Origin: Lama guanicoe
Taxonomy: Eukaryota
Length of the DNA stretch: 64,000 bases
NCBI GenBank assembly: GCA_013239625.1
Contig: MU056000.1
Span: 8,099,214-8,163,213 of the forward strand
Direction: 5' to 3'
Made by a program: the position numbers and the translations under genes. The notes beneath the pieces were generated by a model that had not been told where the DNA came from, did not search any database, and saw only the letters and a program-made list of their open reading frames with translations. Below are positions 40,541 through 53,195 of the stretch, piece by piece (within the stretch, counting starts at the first letter, position 1; each line of letters starts with the position of its first letter).

Positions 40541-41149
40541 CACGTCGTAACAAGGACTCAGTGGCCAGCTGTGCCTCCCCTTCCCTTACGTCTGTGAGGG
40601 TTGGGGGTGGGGTGGTCCCAAGAGCAAAGAGGCTTCTCGTAGGTGCCTCAGCAGGGACTGGTGGTCTGGCTTTGCCACACAGGCTGTGTGCCTTTCTCCA
40701 CCCACGCCTAGGGTCCCCATGCTGATGATACTCAAACCATAAGACAACTCCAGAGTGAACCAACAAAAACAATCCCTAATATTAATAAAGGTCCATTTAT
40801 AGAAGCCTTGAGGTCAAAGGGAGGGAATTTTGGCAAAACAAACATAGAGCTGGTGAGGCCGAAATGCTGGGAGGCAGAACTGGAAACGAGAAAGGACGTG
40901 TTCTGCAATGCACGCAGATTTTTGTTGTTGTTGTTAGGCAGCAAATTCTATAAATAGTAACATGGAAACCAACTTTCTAAAATAAAATGTCAGTTTGCAA
41001 TGCATTCTTTCTCAACAATTAAATGTAAATGTAAACATAACAGAGTATTTAAATGGAAGTTTGGACACAGACATGAAACAGCACGGATCAGATAGCAAAA
41101 CAAGGTACAGACTTCCAAGCAGGTTTTCAGTGAACCCAGCTCCGTGACT

Positions 41150-41380
41150 TGTGCTAATCACCCGTGGTGCTGACAAGTATTCCAGTCTGCCTCCCAGACA
41201 CCAGCGAGGACTGGCATTTAACCCAGCCCAACAGGGTTCAAAGCAGTCATGTGACTTCCTCTGGCCAAGGACACGGGGCTAGGGCTGCCGTCTGCCACCG
41301 GAGGAAGCTTTAGAGCTGGTACGCTACCTGCCATGCTCACAGTCCATCAAGAAGATGCTTCTGCGTGCCTTTAAGCCTGT
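41150..41380 (+). mobile_element. Old MaLR LTR remnant (MLT1J/K-like)
   Basis: gtcatgtgacttcctctggccaa...ggaggaagctttagagc...gccatgctc. Confidence 0.45.
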
Positions 41381-42067
41381 GGTGACTATTAGAGGGGAAA
41401 CAAGAGATTCATACCCTGACTCTGAACTGGAAAAGCTAAAAAGGGCAAGAGAGGGGCTGTCTGGCTGCGGAGTGATGGTCTGAAGGAGAGGTGACTGCAG
41501 AGGAGGCAGCTGCCCAAGAGCGCAGGTGGGGAAAGGGGTGTGCATTCCTTGGACCGGATGTGGGTTACAAGAGAGTGGGTCAGGGATAACGGGCATCTTG
41601 ACAGGCAGAGTCCACAGGGAGAGGCCAGAGGCTGCCGGAGAGCACATATCTGCAGCAAGGGAACCGCAGGTGGGAGGCTCTTCAGAGGGAGGGTGCTGAC
41701 GTCAGGAAGCTGGAACTCACACCAGTGCCAGCTGTGAAAGGACTTCCTGCACCTCTCAGCTCTCTGGGGCCCTCTCCTCTCTATTTCCCCACCATGATCA
41801 CACACATACCTACATACACACACGCACACATGCCCCTCTGGAGGGGCCCATCATTCCCCTCCCCGGTGACCCAAAGGAAACCCTTCCTCCTGCAGGACAC
41901 CTCCCCTGGAGGGCGACTGAAGAGCCATAACTTTGAATGGAAGAGAAAGCTTTCTTTTTGTTTTTGAAACTGGAAGATTCGACTATCATAAGAGGGTAGG
42001 TATTACAAATATCAAATTGAGACTACATTTTAAAAATTAAAGTAACTTTTAAACATATTTATTAACC

Positions 42068-42130
42068 AAATATTCGAAACAGTTAACAACCAGTACGGCA
42101 CGGGCACCCATCTCTGAGAATGGGCACCAA
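42068..42130. mobile_element. Small hAT-type MITE remnant (MamRep1894-like, from memory)
   Basis: atattcgaaacagttaacaaccagtacggcacgggcacc. Confidence 0.4.
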
Positions 42131-44029
42131 TGATGTTGGGGCAGAGTCTTGGGGGCCATTTGTTGTGCTTTTTAGCTGCTGAGACATGGAGAATTGGGTG
42201 GGAGGTGGTTACAGGGGGGAAGTCAGGACGGCCTGTGGCGGCTGGCAGTGGATGGGTGAGGTATACTCAAGGCAGTTGGCTGCTACCAACCCTCACACAA
42301 GTGGGGTGGTATTTTAACAGCCCACTTGGCTGACAAGGGCTGCCTGAAAACCACGGGCCAAGGAAGGAGTTTCCTACTGAATATATTTTAAAGGGATAGT
42401 GGGACCTAAATAAAGTTACTTGTAATTGCATCTCATGAATCTTGATTGTTTGAAATACTAGTTATTTACACTAACTAAGCAAGCTGCTTAGGGATGGTCT
42501 GATATACACAACCATGTCACACTCAATTTTCCTAAGGGTGAGATTATAGAAATTGGGAGGTAAAACCGACCCCTAAATCAGGTCCTGAAAAACTGTTCTG
42601 GGAAGCAAGAGATGGAAGAGAGAGGAAGAATCTTCTGAATTGTGGTTGTAAAAATAAGGTGATGTATTAGTCCCTGTGTGGAATTACTAAATTGTCATTT
42701 TATCCCAACTGTGCACATTCAAGGATTAGCTGTGCCATTTAGTTGTTACTGCTGTTAACATCATTTGTACCGAATGATTTATAACAGCCCCAACAGTGAC
42801 ACGTAACTCTAATAACGACTGATATGTGATCTAGAAACGCATCAGTTTGAACACTGAGTTTATGGATTTCGGTGCTAGGCTTATGGAATAACTTGTTCAA
42901 ATTATAAAAAAATTCAGTTAATAATATTTAAAAAAAAATCAGTAGGCAACAGGTGGGCTACATCCCTCCTTACCCAGTAGCCAAGAAAACAAAACCAAAC
43001 AAAACAGAATATTATCCTGATATTTCAAAAACTTCAGAGATGTTAGATTTGCTTGCCTTATTAATGTTTTATGAATGTGTTTAATTTTGTTTTGTTTTTG
43101 TTTCTTAACAAACGAAAAGAATCAGGTTCTGGTTCTACAGGTGCTACTATAAGAATGCAGGAAAAAGGATCTAATTTAAAATGTTTAAGTTTTTATTTCA
43201 CATACTAAAGTGCCTTTATAAGGTAGAAAATGCTCATCCACCATTCTTATCTTGACTGAAATATATTTTTTAATCCTAGAATTTGGGCTCTGATGCTAAT
43301 CAACCCAAGGAATGAAAAAGAAAAACAATTGTCTAGGTGTCTAAACGCTTCACTTAATACTAATTCTAATCAAAATGCAAACAATTCGTTGTTCTTGCTT
43401 ATCATGAGGTCAAATAAATAAATGCTTTTAATGCTGTTAGAAAAATACCATTTGCTTATTTTAAGGTTGTTTATAGATATAATATGATTGTTTATAAGAC
43501 AAAGCTAAGCTTTTGTCTCATGAGGATTTCATTGCCCCTGTATTTGAAGGCAAATTAACTGATCGACTGTTTCAAATGCATAGTGAACTGGTGGAAAACT
43601 CAGCCTTATCGGGCTTTGTCAGTGAGCACATGCAGCTACAACATCCCAGCCAAAACCTACATCGTTGTGATGCCAACCAGATTTGGATCAGCTCTTCACC
43701 AAGAAGCTAGTCTCTGCCAACTCACAGCAGCAAATAGCAGGTGACATTATAGAGGCCGGGAACCCACTGAGGACTGTGAAGTGGAGGTAGAGGCTGTGCA
43801 TCCACAGGATAAAGACACATGGAGCTCAGAAAAGCAGACTCTGAAATCATCTGGTCCCTTCTGACTCCATTGAGTCACAACCAACCCTAACTGTCACTTC
43901 ATGAGAAGTGAGATGCTAAATTAATTTGTTAGATTGGTTGGTTTCTCTGTTACAGGCAGCTGATAGCATCCTAACTGATAAAATATTACTATTTTTTAGA
44001 TGGCCTTTAGTGCAATATGAAATTATATT

Positions 44030-44170
44030 ATCCATTGCTCAGTTATCTATCATCTGTCTCCTTCACTGGAATACACTTTCTTTGCAAATGAAGATAGTTT
44101 CCATCTCATTCTCTGCTGTATCCCCACTATCCCCAATGTCTGGCACACAGACACTGAATAAATGTTGACT
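44030..44170 (+). mobile_element. L2 3' terminus
   Basis: tctgtctccttcactggaata...ctgctgtatcccca...aatgtctggcacacagacactgaataaatgttg. Confidence 0.7.
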
Positions 44171-45257
44171 TAACATAAGGCAGCTTTTGTTGGATCCAAT
44201 GAATATAACATCAGTCCAAGGAATTCACCATCTTTACAGTTGCCAGATAGCATGATCTAATGCAGTTTTATTCCAAGAGATTTGGAAAGATCCCTTCTTT
44301 TCATAGAATTAGCATAAGCCAAGTGATGGAAAAATCCTTCTCAGACTTAGCAAAGAGCTGGTCTGTCTACACTGAACTGCACATCTCTTTATCCCACACT
44401 CCTTGCCTTCTGAAGATCTTGGCTTCAACAGGCTCTCAACCTAACATCGTTTTTATAAAATGAGTTACTGCTTACATTTCTATAATACATATAGTAAATT
44501 TCACTTGGAAGATTCTTTCCTTGGGCCGCCATATATGTCAAAATCTGGATCAGTCAAAGGTGCTACTGGCAAATTCTATCATAAAAACTGCACATGTCAT
44601 GTCATCCTAAAAATTTCTAGGACTAGAGTGTTGGGCTGCTTGTCACACTGTGCAATGGAACAGTCATGCCTCCAGTGATGGTGTCAGTGGGTAAAAACTT
44701 CAAGCTCTTAAAAATGACTAACACCACTGGAGAGAGTTGTATTGTCAATTATCACATCCATTCGTCCAATATGTTAGTACTGGGAAGCGAAGCCAACAGC
44801 TCCCCGGGTTTGCTCCACTAATGCCCCGCTCACAGCAGGCTTCTTCTAAAGGTCTCGTATTATCAAAGCTTCAAGACAAAGCATGACTTTCTGGAAAGAC
44901 ACTGATTTAAAAATACGTTCCAAAGTAGGCCTCTATGCAAGTTCTCTCATATTTCTGAACAAAAAAATGAGTTCAATCACTAACCACTAATAGAGAGTGA
45001 ACTGTGTCCCGGCTGTCTCCCTTCTACAGATTATCAGGTCAATATATGTTACCACTGAAATTCTTGAAACAGTAGATTTATATTTAAGATAAAAATGAAC
45101 CATGTTCCACAGCTAGAGATAGAAACATAAAATTACACTAATATGCAATGTAACCAAAGGTATCCTGTTATTCACAAGTGTATTATAATTGGCATACGTG
45201 ACATTGTCCCTATTGTCAATTTTTTCCTATATTATCTCATTAAAAATTAACGGCTGA

Positions 45258-45773
45258 TACCTCACTATAGTTTTGATTTACATTTCTCTGATGATTAGCA
45301 ATATTGAGCATTTTTTCATGTGCCTATTGGCCATTTGTATGTCTTCAGCAACATACATGGACCTGGAGATTGTCAGTCTAAGTGAAGTAAGCCAGAAAGA
45401 GAAAGAAAAATACCATACGATATCACTTATATGTGGAATCTTAAAAAAAAGACAAATGAACTTATTTACAAAACAGAAACAGACTCACAGACATAAGAAA
45501 CAAACCTACGGTTACCAGGGGGTAAGGGGGTGGGAAGGGATAAATTAAGAGTTCAAGATTTGCAGATACTGACTGGCATATATAAAGTAAACAAACAACA
45601 AGTTTGCACTGTATAGCACAGGGAACTATATTTGATATCTTGTAGTAACTTATGGTATAAAAGAATATGAAAATGAATATATGTATGTTCATGTATGACT
45701 GCAGCATTGTGCTGTACACCAGAATCTGACACAACACTGAAGACTTACTATGCGTCAACATATATATATATAT
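45258..45773 (+). mobile_element. Camelid L1 insertion with 5' inversion (twin priming); inverted part about 45258-45346
   Basis: Reverse ORF2 piece (tacctcactatagttttgatttacatttctctgatgattagc...ttggccatttgtatgtctt) joined to forward cagcaacatacatggacctggag...tail; TSD aaaattaacggctga (45243-45257) / aaaattaatgactga (45774-45788). Confidence 0.9.
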
Positions 45774-46129
45774 AAAATTAATGACTGAATAATGATCTAA
45801 TCAATGAATGCACTGCGATTTTTTAAAAAAACTATTCATCTTTTATTGAGGGTTACTTTGTGTTTTTCTTGTTAAATTATAACTAAACTTTTATGCATAT
45901 CTTTTTTTTCTATTTCCTTAGGACTGATTTCTGCACACTGAATTAAAGGGTCAGTGTTTATAACTGTTTTTAAGGATGGCAGACACGGCGCCACTTAAAA
46001 AATTGTGAGACTATCTTCTGTCCCTGTCTGCAGTATATAAGTGCCATAGGGGTCGCCACAATCAAGCTAGCACTGGGGATTACAAAATGTGTATTTCTCA
46101 ATTTTGTAGGTAAAAGTGGTGTATCTTCT

Positions 46130-46458
46130 GGTTTTAGTCTGCTTGGGCTGCTAAAACAATATCAGAGACTAGGTACCTTCTAAGTAACAGACATTCACTT
46201 TCTGCAGTTCTAGAGACTGGAAACCAGAGACCAGGGGTGCAGCATGATCTGCTCTAGTGAGGACCCTCCTCTGGCTGCAGAGTTGTTTTCTTACACCCTT
46301 CGATGGCAGACAGAGGGCTGGAGAGCTCTCTGGGTCTCTTTTATTAGAGCAGTGATCTCATTCATAAAGGTTCCACCACCCCCTCACCCCACCCATCACA
46401 TTGGGGGTTAGAATTTCAATCTATGAATTTAGGGGGACACAAACATCAGCCCATAACA
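46130..46458 (-). mobile_element. MaLR solo LTR (MLT1A-like) inserted in an old reverse L1 remnant
   Basis: ttagtctgcttgggctgct...catcacattgggggttagaatttcaa..tatgaattt.gggggacacaaacatcagcccataaca; perfect 5-bp TSD cttct (46125-46129 / 46459-46463). Confidence 0.9.
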
Positions 46459-46964
46459 CTTCTTTTGACTTTGGTTTCTTTGATTTTTTTTTTAAGCTTG
46501 ACCCCATTTTTATTTATCTTGTAAATATGTCTGGGTAATTTTCTGGGTAATTTTCTGTTCTTGACTTTGCACATTTTTCCATTAGAATTTTTTAAAAAAT
46601 TTTTCTGTTGTTATTTGAAAGTACTCTTCCTTTATTCATAATACTAACAATCCATTATTCTCAATTCAAGTGTTTAGTGTCTCTTAATACACTCTTCTCC
46701 TTGCTACAAGCTATCATAGAGGGTAGACCTTAGAAGGGAATAGGGGAGCAGTCTTCAACACACAGAAGTACTTTACTGTGGCAACATTTCTGTGGTTTAG
46801 AAAGACTTAAAAAAAAAAAAGGACATAAATATTAACTTTAGGACCAGAGTCTCTTATAATGCATGTTAGGCTTACATATATGATACGTATCCATTTCTGA
46901 TTTAGAAATACACCTTATGTGTAATAATCTGAATTTTGAAGTACTATATAAGCTTTTAACCTGG

Positions 46965-47105
46965 ACAAAAAGAGGCTTTGTAGATCAGCTAATAGAGAAA
47001 CCATATTTTATATAAGAGTCGAAGGCTGGAGGCACCATATTTCCCTAAGCTCACCCTACTTTTGTTGCAGAGTCAGAGTTAGAACCAGGGGCTTTAGAAC
47101 CATAC
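46965..47105 (-). mobile_element. MIR-like fragment
   Basis: tttccctaagctcacc...tgttgcagagtcagagttagaacca. Confidence 0.5.
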
Positions 47106-48304
47106 CAAGCAGCGTAAACTTCTTCTCCCCCCAGTTGCGTGTGCCAGCGACACACACAAGCCTTGTGTTCTTTGAAAACACTCCATCAGAATTCTCTTAG
47201 GAATGGCAATATTACAATACCATCAGGCCGAAATGCTAAATTCTAATGGCACATTATTTATTATGAAAGATTTTCAACTTTTACTTATATCATTCACACA
47301 TTTTTAACTTATATCAGTATAATAATCACACATTAAAGATGTAATATGTTTGCCTAAATTCTATGATATGCCTATTTTAAATTTGTAACAGAAAACTAGG
47401 ACTTATTCAAATTAAACAATACATGTGAATAATACATTCTTTCATTTTAAAAGAAATAAATGCAATGGCATCTCCTTCTGCTTCGCATTATCTTTTAGTT
47501 ATTTATACATAAATAAGTACAACGGGCAAAGTGTAGCGTTCCCCATATTGCTTCTCTCTGTTGTTTGCCCTAGAGTGATACTTTCCATGGTGATTACAAG
47601 GATAATCCCAGGCATAATTGTAAATTCTAAGGCTAAGCATGCTTCAGAAAGAAACTTTAAAAACAACGGATTAGCTTATTTTAATGATGCTACATGTTTG
47701 CGTGGATAAGAGCTATTACATCCCTCAGGGCTAAGCACCCAATGCTGGCCCAGACAGGATGCAAAGCCAGGCTACAGAACATCAATAAAAAGAGCAAACG
47801 GAATTCAATATTTGCCTTTTTTCTAACCTAGTCTTCCAACTATTATGGCTGATACAGTTTTTTGGCAAGTCTCTGAATTAATGAAGAGACTATACTGGTA
47901 AACAGAAATGCATTTCATGCTCTACAACGGGACACTGGGTTTCTATGGAAAGATACACCCGAAAATAATAACAAAATTTTATGGTTTTTCTAAAAAAAAA
48001 AAATCAAAATCAAAAACCCAATTTAATTTAAACTTTTTAAAATTCCAGGAAGTCTCAAGGTTTTTAGAAATGCAAATACTTTACATCATATAATTTCACA
48101 AATGCTAATACAGAATTCCAAATATACGTGTATATATATGTGACTGAAAGCACTGGTGTTTAGGGAGGAGTTGGGAAATTGTTGTAAAACTGCTCCTTCT
48201 CACAGGAAACTCACTTTCTACAACTCACTCTGCTGAAATTTTAAAGATTTTGTTTTGGGGCTCAATGATGGATGCTTTCATTGAACAGTATCTAAAACTT
48301 TGTT

Positions 48305-48466
48305 GATTTTTATTTTTATTTTATTGAGGGATTGTCCGTTTACCATGTGTTAATTTCTGGTGTACGCACAGTGATTCAGTTATATGTATATGTTCCTTTG
48401 TATATTCTTTTCCATTATAGGCCATAACAAGCTATTGAATACAGTTCCCTGTGCTGTCCAGTAGGA
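48305..48466 (-). mobile_element. Short camelid L1 3' end, reverse orientation
   Basis: tttattga...gtgttaatttctggtgtac...gtgattcagttata...gctattgaatacagttccctgtgctgtccagtagga. Confidence 0.88.
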
Positions 48467-48859
48467 TATTTTTTTAAGAAGCAAAATACAGTGAGGTGCT
48501 GAGTGACGAGATTCCTGAAGTTTCTATTAGTTCCGTCTACCCTCTGTGGCCTGCTACAAGCCAACAAGCCTTCAGACCTGTGTCCAATCATTTATACAAG
48601 ATCGGTTGTTTTCGGGAAGAAAAGAAGCTCAGACGCGAAAACTAAACTTCTCTGGAAATACTTCATTTAAATGAAAAGCTGAAGAATTTTGTGCTTTGCA
48701 GACCATGTGCACACACTTGTTTGAAGTGCAAGTGTTTGAAACCCATCATAATATATGTATATTACATTGATCAACATTAGGTTGAAGAAGGAAATTCCTG
48801 GAGAAAAATCTATCTCATCAGCAGCTACCAGTGATGAGTTTGATGAGTCCCTGCCTGTT

Positions 48860-49050
48860 TCGGGGGCTTTACACATGCAACTGCGACCATGTCCCTGTCC
48901 TGAAAAGCAAGTGGCATCATCTCCATTTTTCAGGCTTGGGAACTGAAGTGACCTGCCAAAGGCCACAGAGCGAGAAAGTGACAAAGGAAGCTGGAGTTTA
49001 ATCCCAGATTTCAGCAACTTCAAAACCTGTGCCGTCTCCACAATGCCCCT
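48860..49050 (-). mobile_element. MIR SINE
   Basis: atctccatttttcagg..gggaactgaagtgacctgccaaaggccacagagc...agctggagtttaatcccaga. Confidence 0.75.
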
Positions 49051-49203
49051 CTCCTAAAACAGTGCTTCTTACTTATCACGGACACAACTACTGTACCCGT
49101 AAGTCTTCAACACCATCGTAAGTTAGCGGGTCAACGTCGGTGAGAGCTAGTATCAGAGGCTGATTTCTAAGATCTAAAATCGTGTAATCAAGAGTGATGT
49201 CAG

Positions 49204-49398
49204 GGATTTGCAAGTACAAACGACTACGTATAAAATAGATAAGCAACAAGGTCCTACAGTCCAGCACAGGGAACGATATTCAATAGCTTGTAATAGCCTA
49301 CAATGAAAAAGAATCTATATATATATAACTGAATCATTATGCTGCACACCAGAAATTAACACAACATTGTAAACCAAATATACTTCAATAAAAAAAAA
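49204..49398 (+). mobile_element. Short camelid L1 3' end
   Basis: L1 tail plus poly(A); TSD aagagtgatgtcag (49190-49203) / aagagtgaaatcag (49399-49412). Confidence 0.9.
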
Positions 49399-50209
49399 AA
49401 GAGTGAAATCAGCAGCCACTATCAGCTGCCCCAGTGTTTTGCAAAACATTTTAGCTCTCTCTGGAGAGAGGCCCCTTAAGAACATGAACTATGTCACATT
49501 TCTAGAGACCTAAATCATAATCTCTCTCCCATTGTCCTGCAATGCTCTAATCACTGGAAAACTTGTCATTGCTTATTGTAAGTCATATGGAGTTGGAACA
49601 AAAATGACTGGACTCAGAATTATTTATGACAAACAGGGAGAGCCTGCCATCTAGGCAAGTCTCTATTCTGGTTCCAGCACACTGAGAAAGTATATAACCC
49701 AGTAACGCCAGCCATGATGTAGCGCTCCCCTCAAAAAAACCCTCTAAAAACAAATTCAAAATCACATTCATGTAACTGAAGCATTTTGTTTTTCATCAGG
49801 TAAAGATATAGCGTGATTCTCTCTTTTTTTCCTTCCATACCTACTTGTATTCTTCCTTTGGAAGATCATTTTATTTGTTTTTGCTAGATTTATATCACTC
49901 TGCTTGAAAGTCGTTTCATATTTGATGGCAAGTAACTTTTTAAAAATAAGAAAGAGGCTTGATTTATGGAGAACTGAGACTCATTCTCTTATGGAGTACT
50001 GTTAACTATAAAAATTTACCTTATCAACATTAACACTGCATAAGCTTTAACATATTTAAAAGGAGACACAGGCTGAAGTAATTGTTAAGTAGCAAATTAT
50101 TTACTTTGATCCCCTCCATAGAGGTTGTCCTATATTCTCTGTGACACGTCTGTGATGGTATTAGGATTCTACTTATTAAAATATAATAAAGAAATAAATA
50201 TATAAAGAA

Positions 50210-50860
50210 AGGAATAAAGAAAGAAATAGATGAGGGTAATTAAGAGATACGAACTTTCAGCTGCAAAATAAATGAGTCACTGGTATGAAATGTACAGTGT
50301 GGGGAATATAATCAATAACTAAGTAATATCTTTGTGATGACTCATCAAGATAACTAGGCTGATCTGGGTGATCATTTTGAAATGCACAGAAAAAAATCAC
50401 TATGTTGTGTAACAGGAACTAACATAGTGTTGTAGGTTGATTATACCTCAAAAATAAACCACCATACAAACAAACTCACAGAAAAAGGGATCAGATCTGT
50501 GATTACCAGAGACAGGGGTGGGGGAAGGAGGAACTGGATGAAGCCAATCAAAAGATACAAACTTCCAGTTACAAGATGAATGAGTGCTGGGGATGTAGTA
50601 CACAACACGATAAACATAATTAACACTGCTGTACGTTGTACATGAAAGTTAAGAGAGTGAATCCTAAGAGTTCTCATCATACACACATTTTTTTCTCTAT
50701 TTGTTTCATTTCATTTTTATATGGGATGATGGATGATCACTGAATTTACTGTGATAATCATTTCATGATGTATGTAAGTCAAATCAATTTTCTGTATACC
50801 TTAAACTTGTACAGGGTTGTATATCAATTATCTCAATAAAACTGGAAGGAAAAAATAAGA
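50210..50860 (+). mobile_element. L1 3'UTR fragment (same subfamily as 25740-26485)
   Basis: aaatgagtcactggtatgaaatgtacagtgtgggg...aaactcacagaaaaagggatcagatc...tctcaataaaactggaagg. Confidence 0.88.
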
Positions 50861-52742
50861 TTAGCATTGTATCACTTTGTTTTTTTATGTTCTAAATCAA
50901 TTTTAGTTATAGTCAAATCAAATGTAATTTTTGTTTAGAGAATTCTGCTGATTTCTTCATGCTATGCACTCTTAAGATATAACAGAATATCCATAACAGA
51001 AAGTGTTTTTTTTGAGAAAAGTAACAAAGTTTTTTTTTTTGAGAAAAGTAATCTTTTGGATTCTTTCTTACAAATAAGAGAAATTTTCTGAGTACCACGA
51101 AACTGAATGCTGGCAAATGATTTAACTCCTTTGCATCATGACATTGAAGTTGGAAGTACTTAATGCTTTCCAGGTCTAAGCTGGACAAGATAGAGATGAA
51201 CATCTGTTTTTGTTGTTTTTTTTCAGTATATTTAGGAAGAACGTATAGCGCCAGTTTCTGTACATCACTCAAGCATTAGTAGTAAAATATTAATGTACAA
51301 AAATCAGTTGCATTTCTATACACTAACAACAAATATCAGAAAAAGCAATTAAGGAAACAATCCCATTTACCATCACATCAAAAAGAATAAAACACTTAGG
51401 AATAAACTTACCTAAGGAAGCAAAGGACTTATCTCCAAAAACTATGACATTGATGAAAGAAATTGAAGATGACAAAAACATATGGAAAAATATACCATGT
51501 TATTGGTTTGGAAGAATAAATATTGCTAAAATTGTTTTACTATCCAGGGCAATATATGGATTCAATGCAATCCCTGTCAAATTACCAATGACATTTTTCA
51601 CTGAATAGGAACAAAAAATGTTAAAATTTGTGAGGAAACACAAAAGACCACAAACAGCCTAAACAATCTTGAGAAAGAAGAATGGAGCTGGGAGAATCAT
51701 GTGCTCTGACTTCAGACTATGCTACAAAGTTACAATAATCAAAACAGTGTGGCACTGGCACAAAAACAGACACATGGATCAAAGGAAGGATACAAAGTTC
51801 AGAAATTAATCCACTCACTTATGGTCAATTAATCTACAACAAAGGAGGCAAGAACATACAATGGAAAAAGACAATCTCTTCAATAAGTGGTGCTGGGAAA
51901 ACTGGACAGCTACATGTGAAATAATGAAATTAGAACATTCTCTAACACTGTATACAAAAATAAACTCAAAATGGATTAAAGACCTAAATATAAGACCAGA
52001 TACTATAAAATTTCTAGAGGAAAACATAGGCAGAACATTCTTTGACATAAATCACAGCAATATTTTTTCTGAACCAGCTCTAAGAGTAATGGAAATAAAA
52101 GCAAAAAGAAACAAATGGGATCTAATTAAACTTAAAAGCATTAGCACAGCTAAGGATACCATCAACAAAACAAAAAGACAATCTACGGAATGGGAGAAAA
52201 TACTTGCAAATGATGTGACTGACAAGGAACTAATTTCCAAAATACACAAAGAGCTCATACAGCTTAATACCACAAAACCAAGCAACCTTATCAAAAAATG
52301 GGCAGAAACCCTAAATAGACATTTCTCCAAAGAAGACATCCAGATGGACAACAGGCACATGAAAAGATGCTCAATATTATTAATTATTAGAGAAATGCAA
52401 ATCAAAACTACAATGAGATATAACCTCACCCAGTCAGAATGGCCATCAATAAAAAGTCTACAAATAGTAAATGTTGGAGAGGGTGTGAAGAAAAATGAAT
52501 CCTCCTACACTGTTGGTGAAAATGTAAATTGGTGCAGCCACCACGGAGCACAGTACGGAAGTTCCTTAAAAAACTAAAAATACACTTACTATATGACCCA
52601 GCAATCCCACTCCTGGGCATATATCTGGAGAAAACTAGTTTGAAAAGACGCATGTACCCAAATGTTCACAGCAGTGCTATTTACAATAGCCAAGTCATGG
52701 AAACAACATAAATGTCCATCCACAGATGACTAGATAAAGAAG

Positions 52743-52756
52743 GTGTGTGTGAGTGC

Positions 52757-52787
<31 letters not shown>

Positions 52788-52788
52788 A
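52743..52788. repeat. (TG)n microsatellite inside L1
   Basis: Directly visible. Confidence 0.95.
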
Positions 52789-53132
52789 TGGAATATTACT
52801 CAGCCATAGAAAAGAATGAAATAATGCCATTTTCAGTAACATGGATGGACCTAGAGACTAAGTGAAGTAAGTCAAAGACAAATACCATATGATGCCATTT
52901 ACATGTGGAAGCTAAAAAAGAATACATATTTTATTTACAAACCAGAAATAGACTTATGGACATAGAAAATAAACTGGTTACCAGGTGGGAAGGGATGGGG
53001 AGGGATAGATTAGGATTTGGGATTAACAGACACATATTACTATACATAAAATAGATAAATAACAAGGACCTACTGTATAGCACAGGGAACTATATTCAAC
53101 TTCTTGTAATGAGCTGTAAAGGAAAAGAATCT

Positions 53133-53133
53133 A

Positions 53134-53166
<33 letters not shown>

Positions 53167-53195
53167 TACTTATATATATGTATATATATATACAT
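53133..53195. repeat. (TA)n(CA)n microsatellite in L1 3'UTR
   Basis: Directly visible. Confidence 0.9.

Noticed and set aside
46531..46557. 12-bp tandem duplication ctgggtaatttt (similar small duplications at 19632-19650, 27511-27535 and 51001-51051)
   Set aside because: Ordinary slippage duplications of 2-3 copies with no spacer structure; not CRISPR-like.
51861..52577. 238-aa ORF as a novel or domesticated protein
   Set aside because: It is a fragment of L1 ORF2p in a 5'-truncated copy with upstream stops and a frameshifted end.
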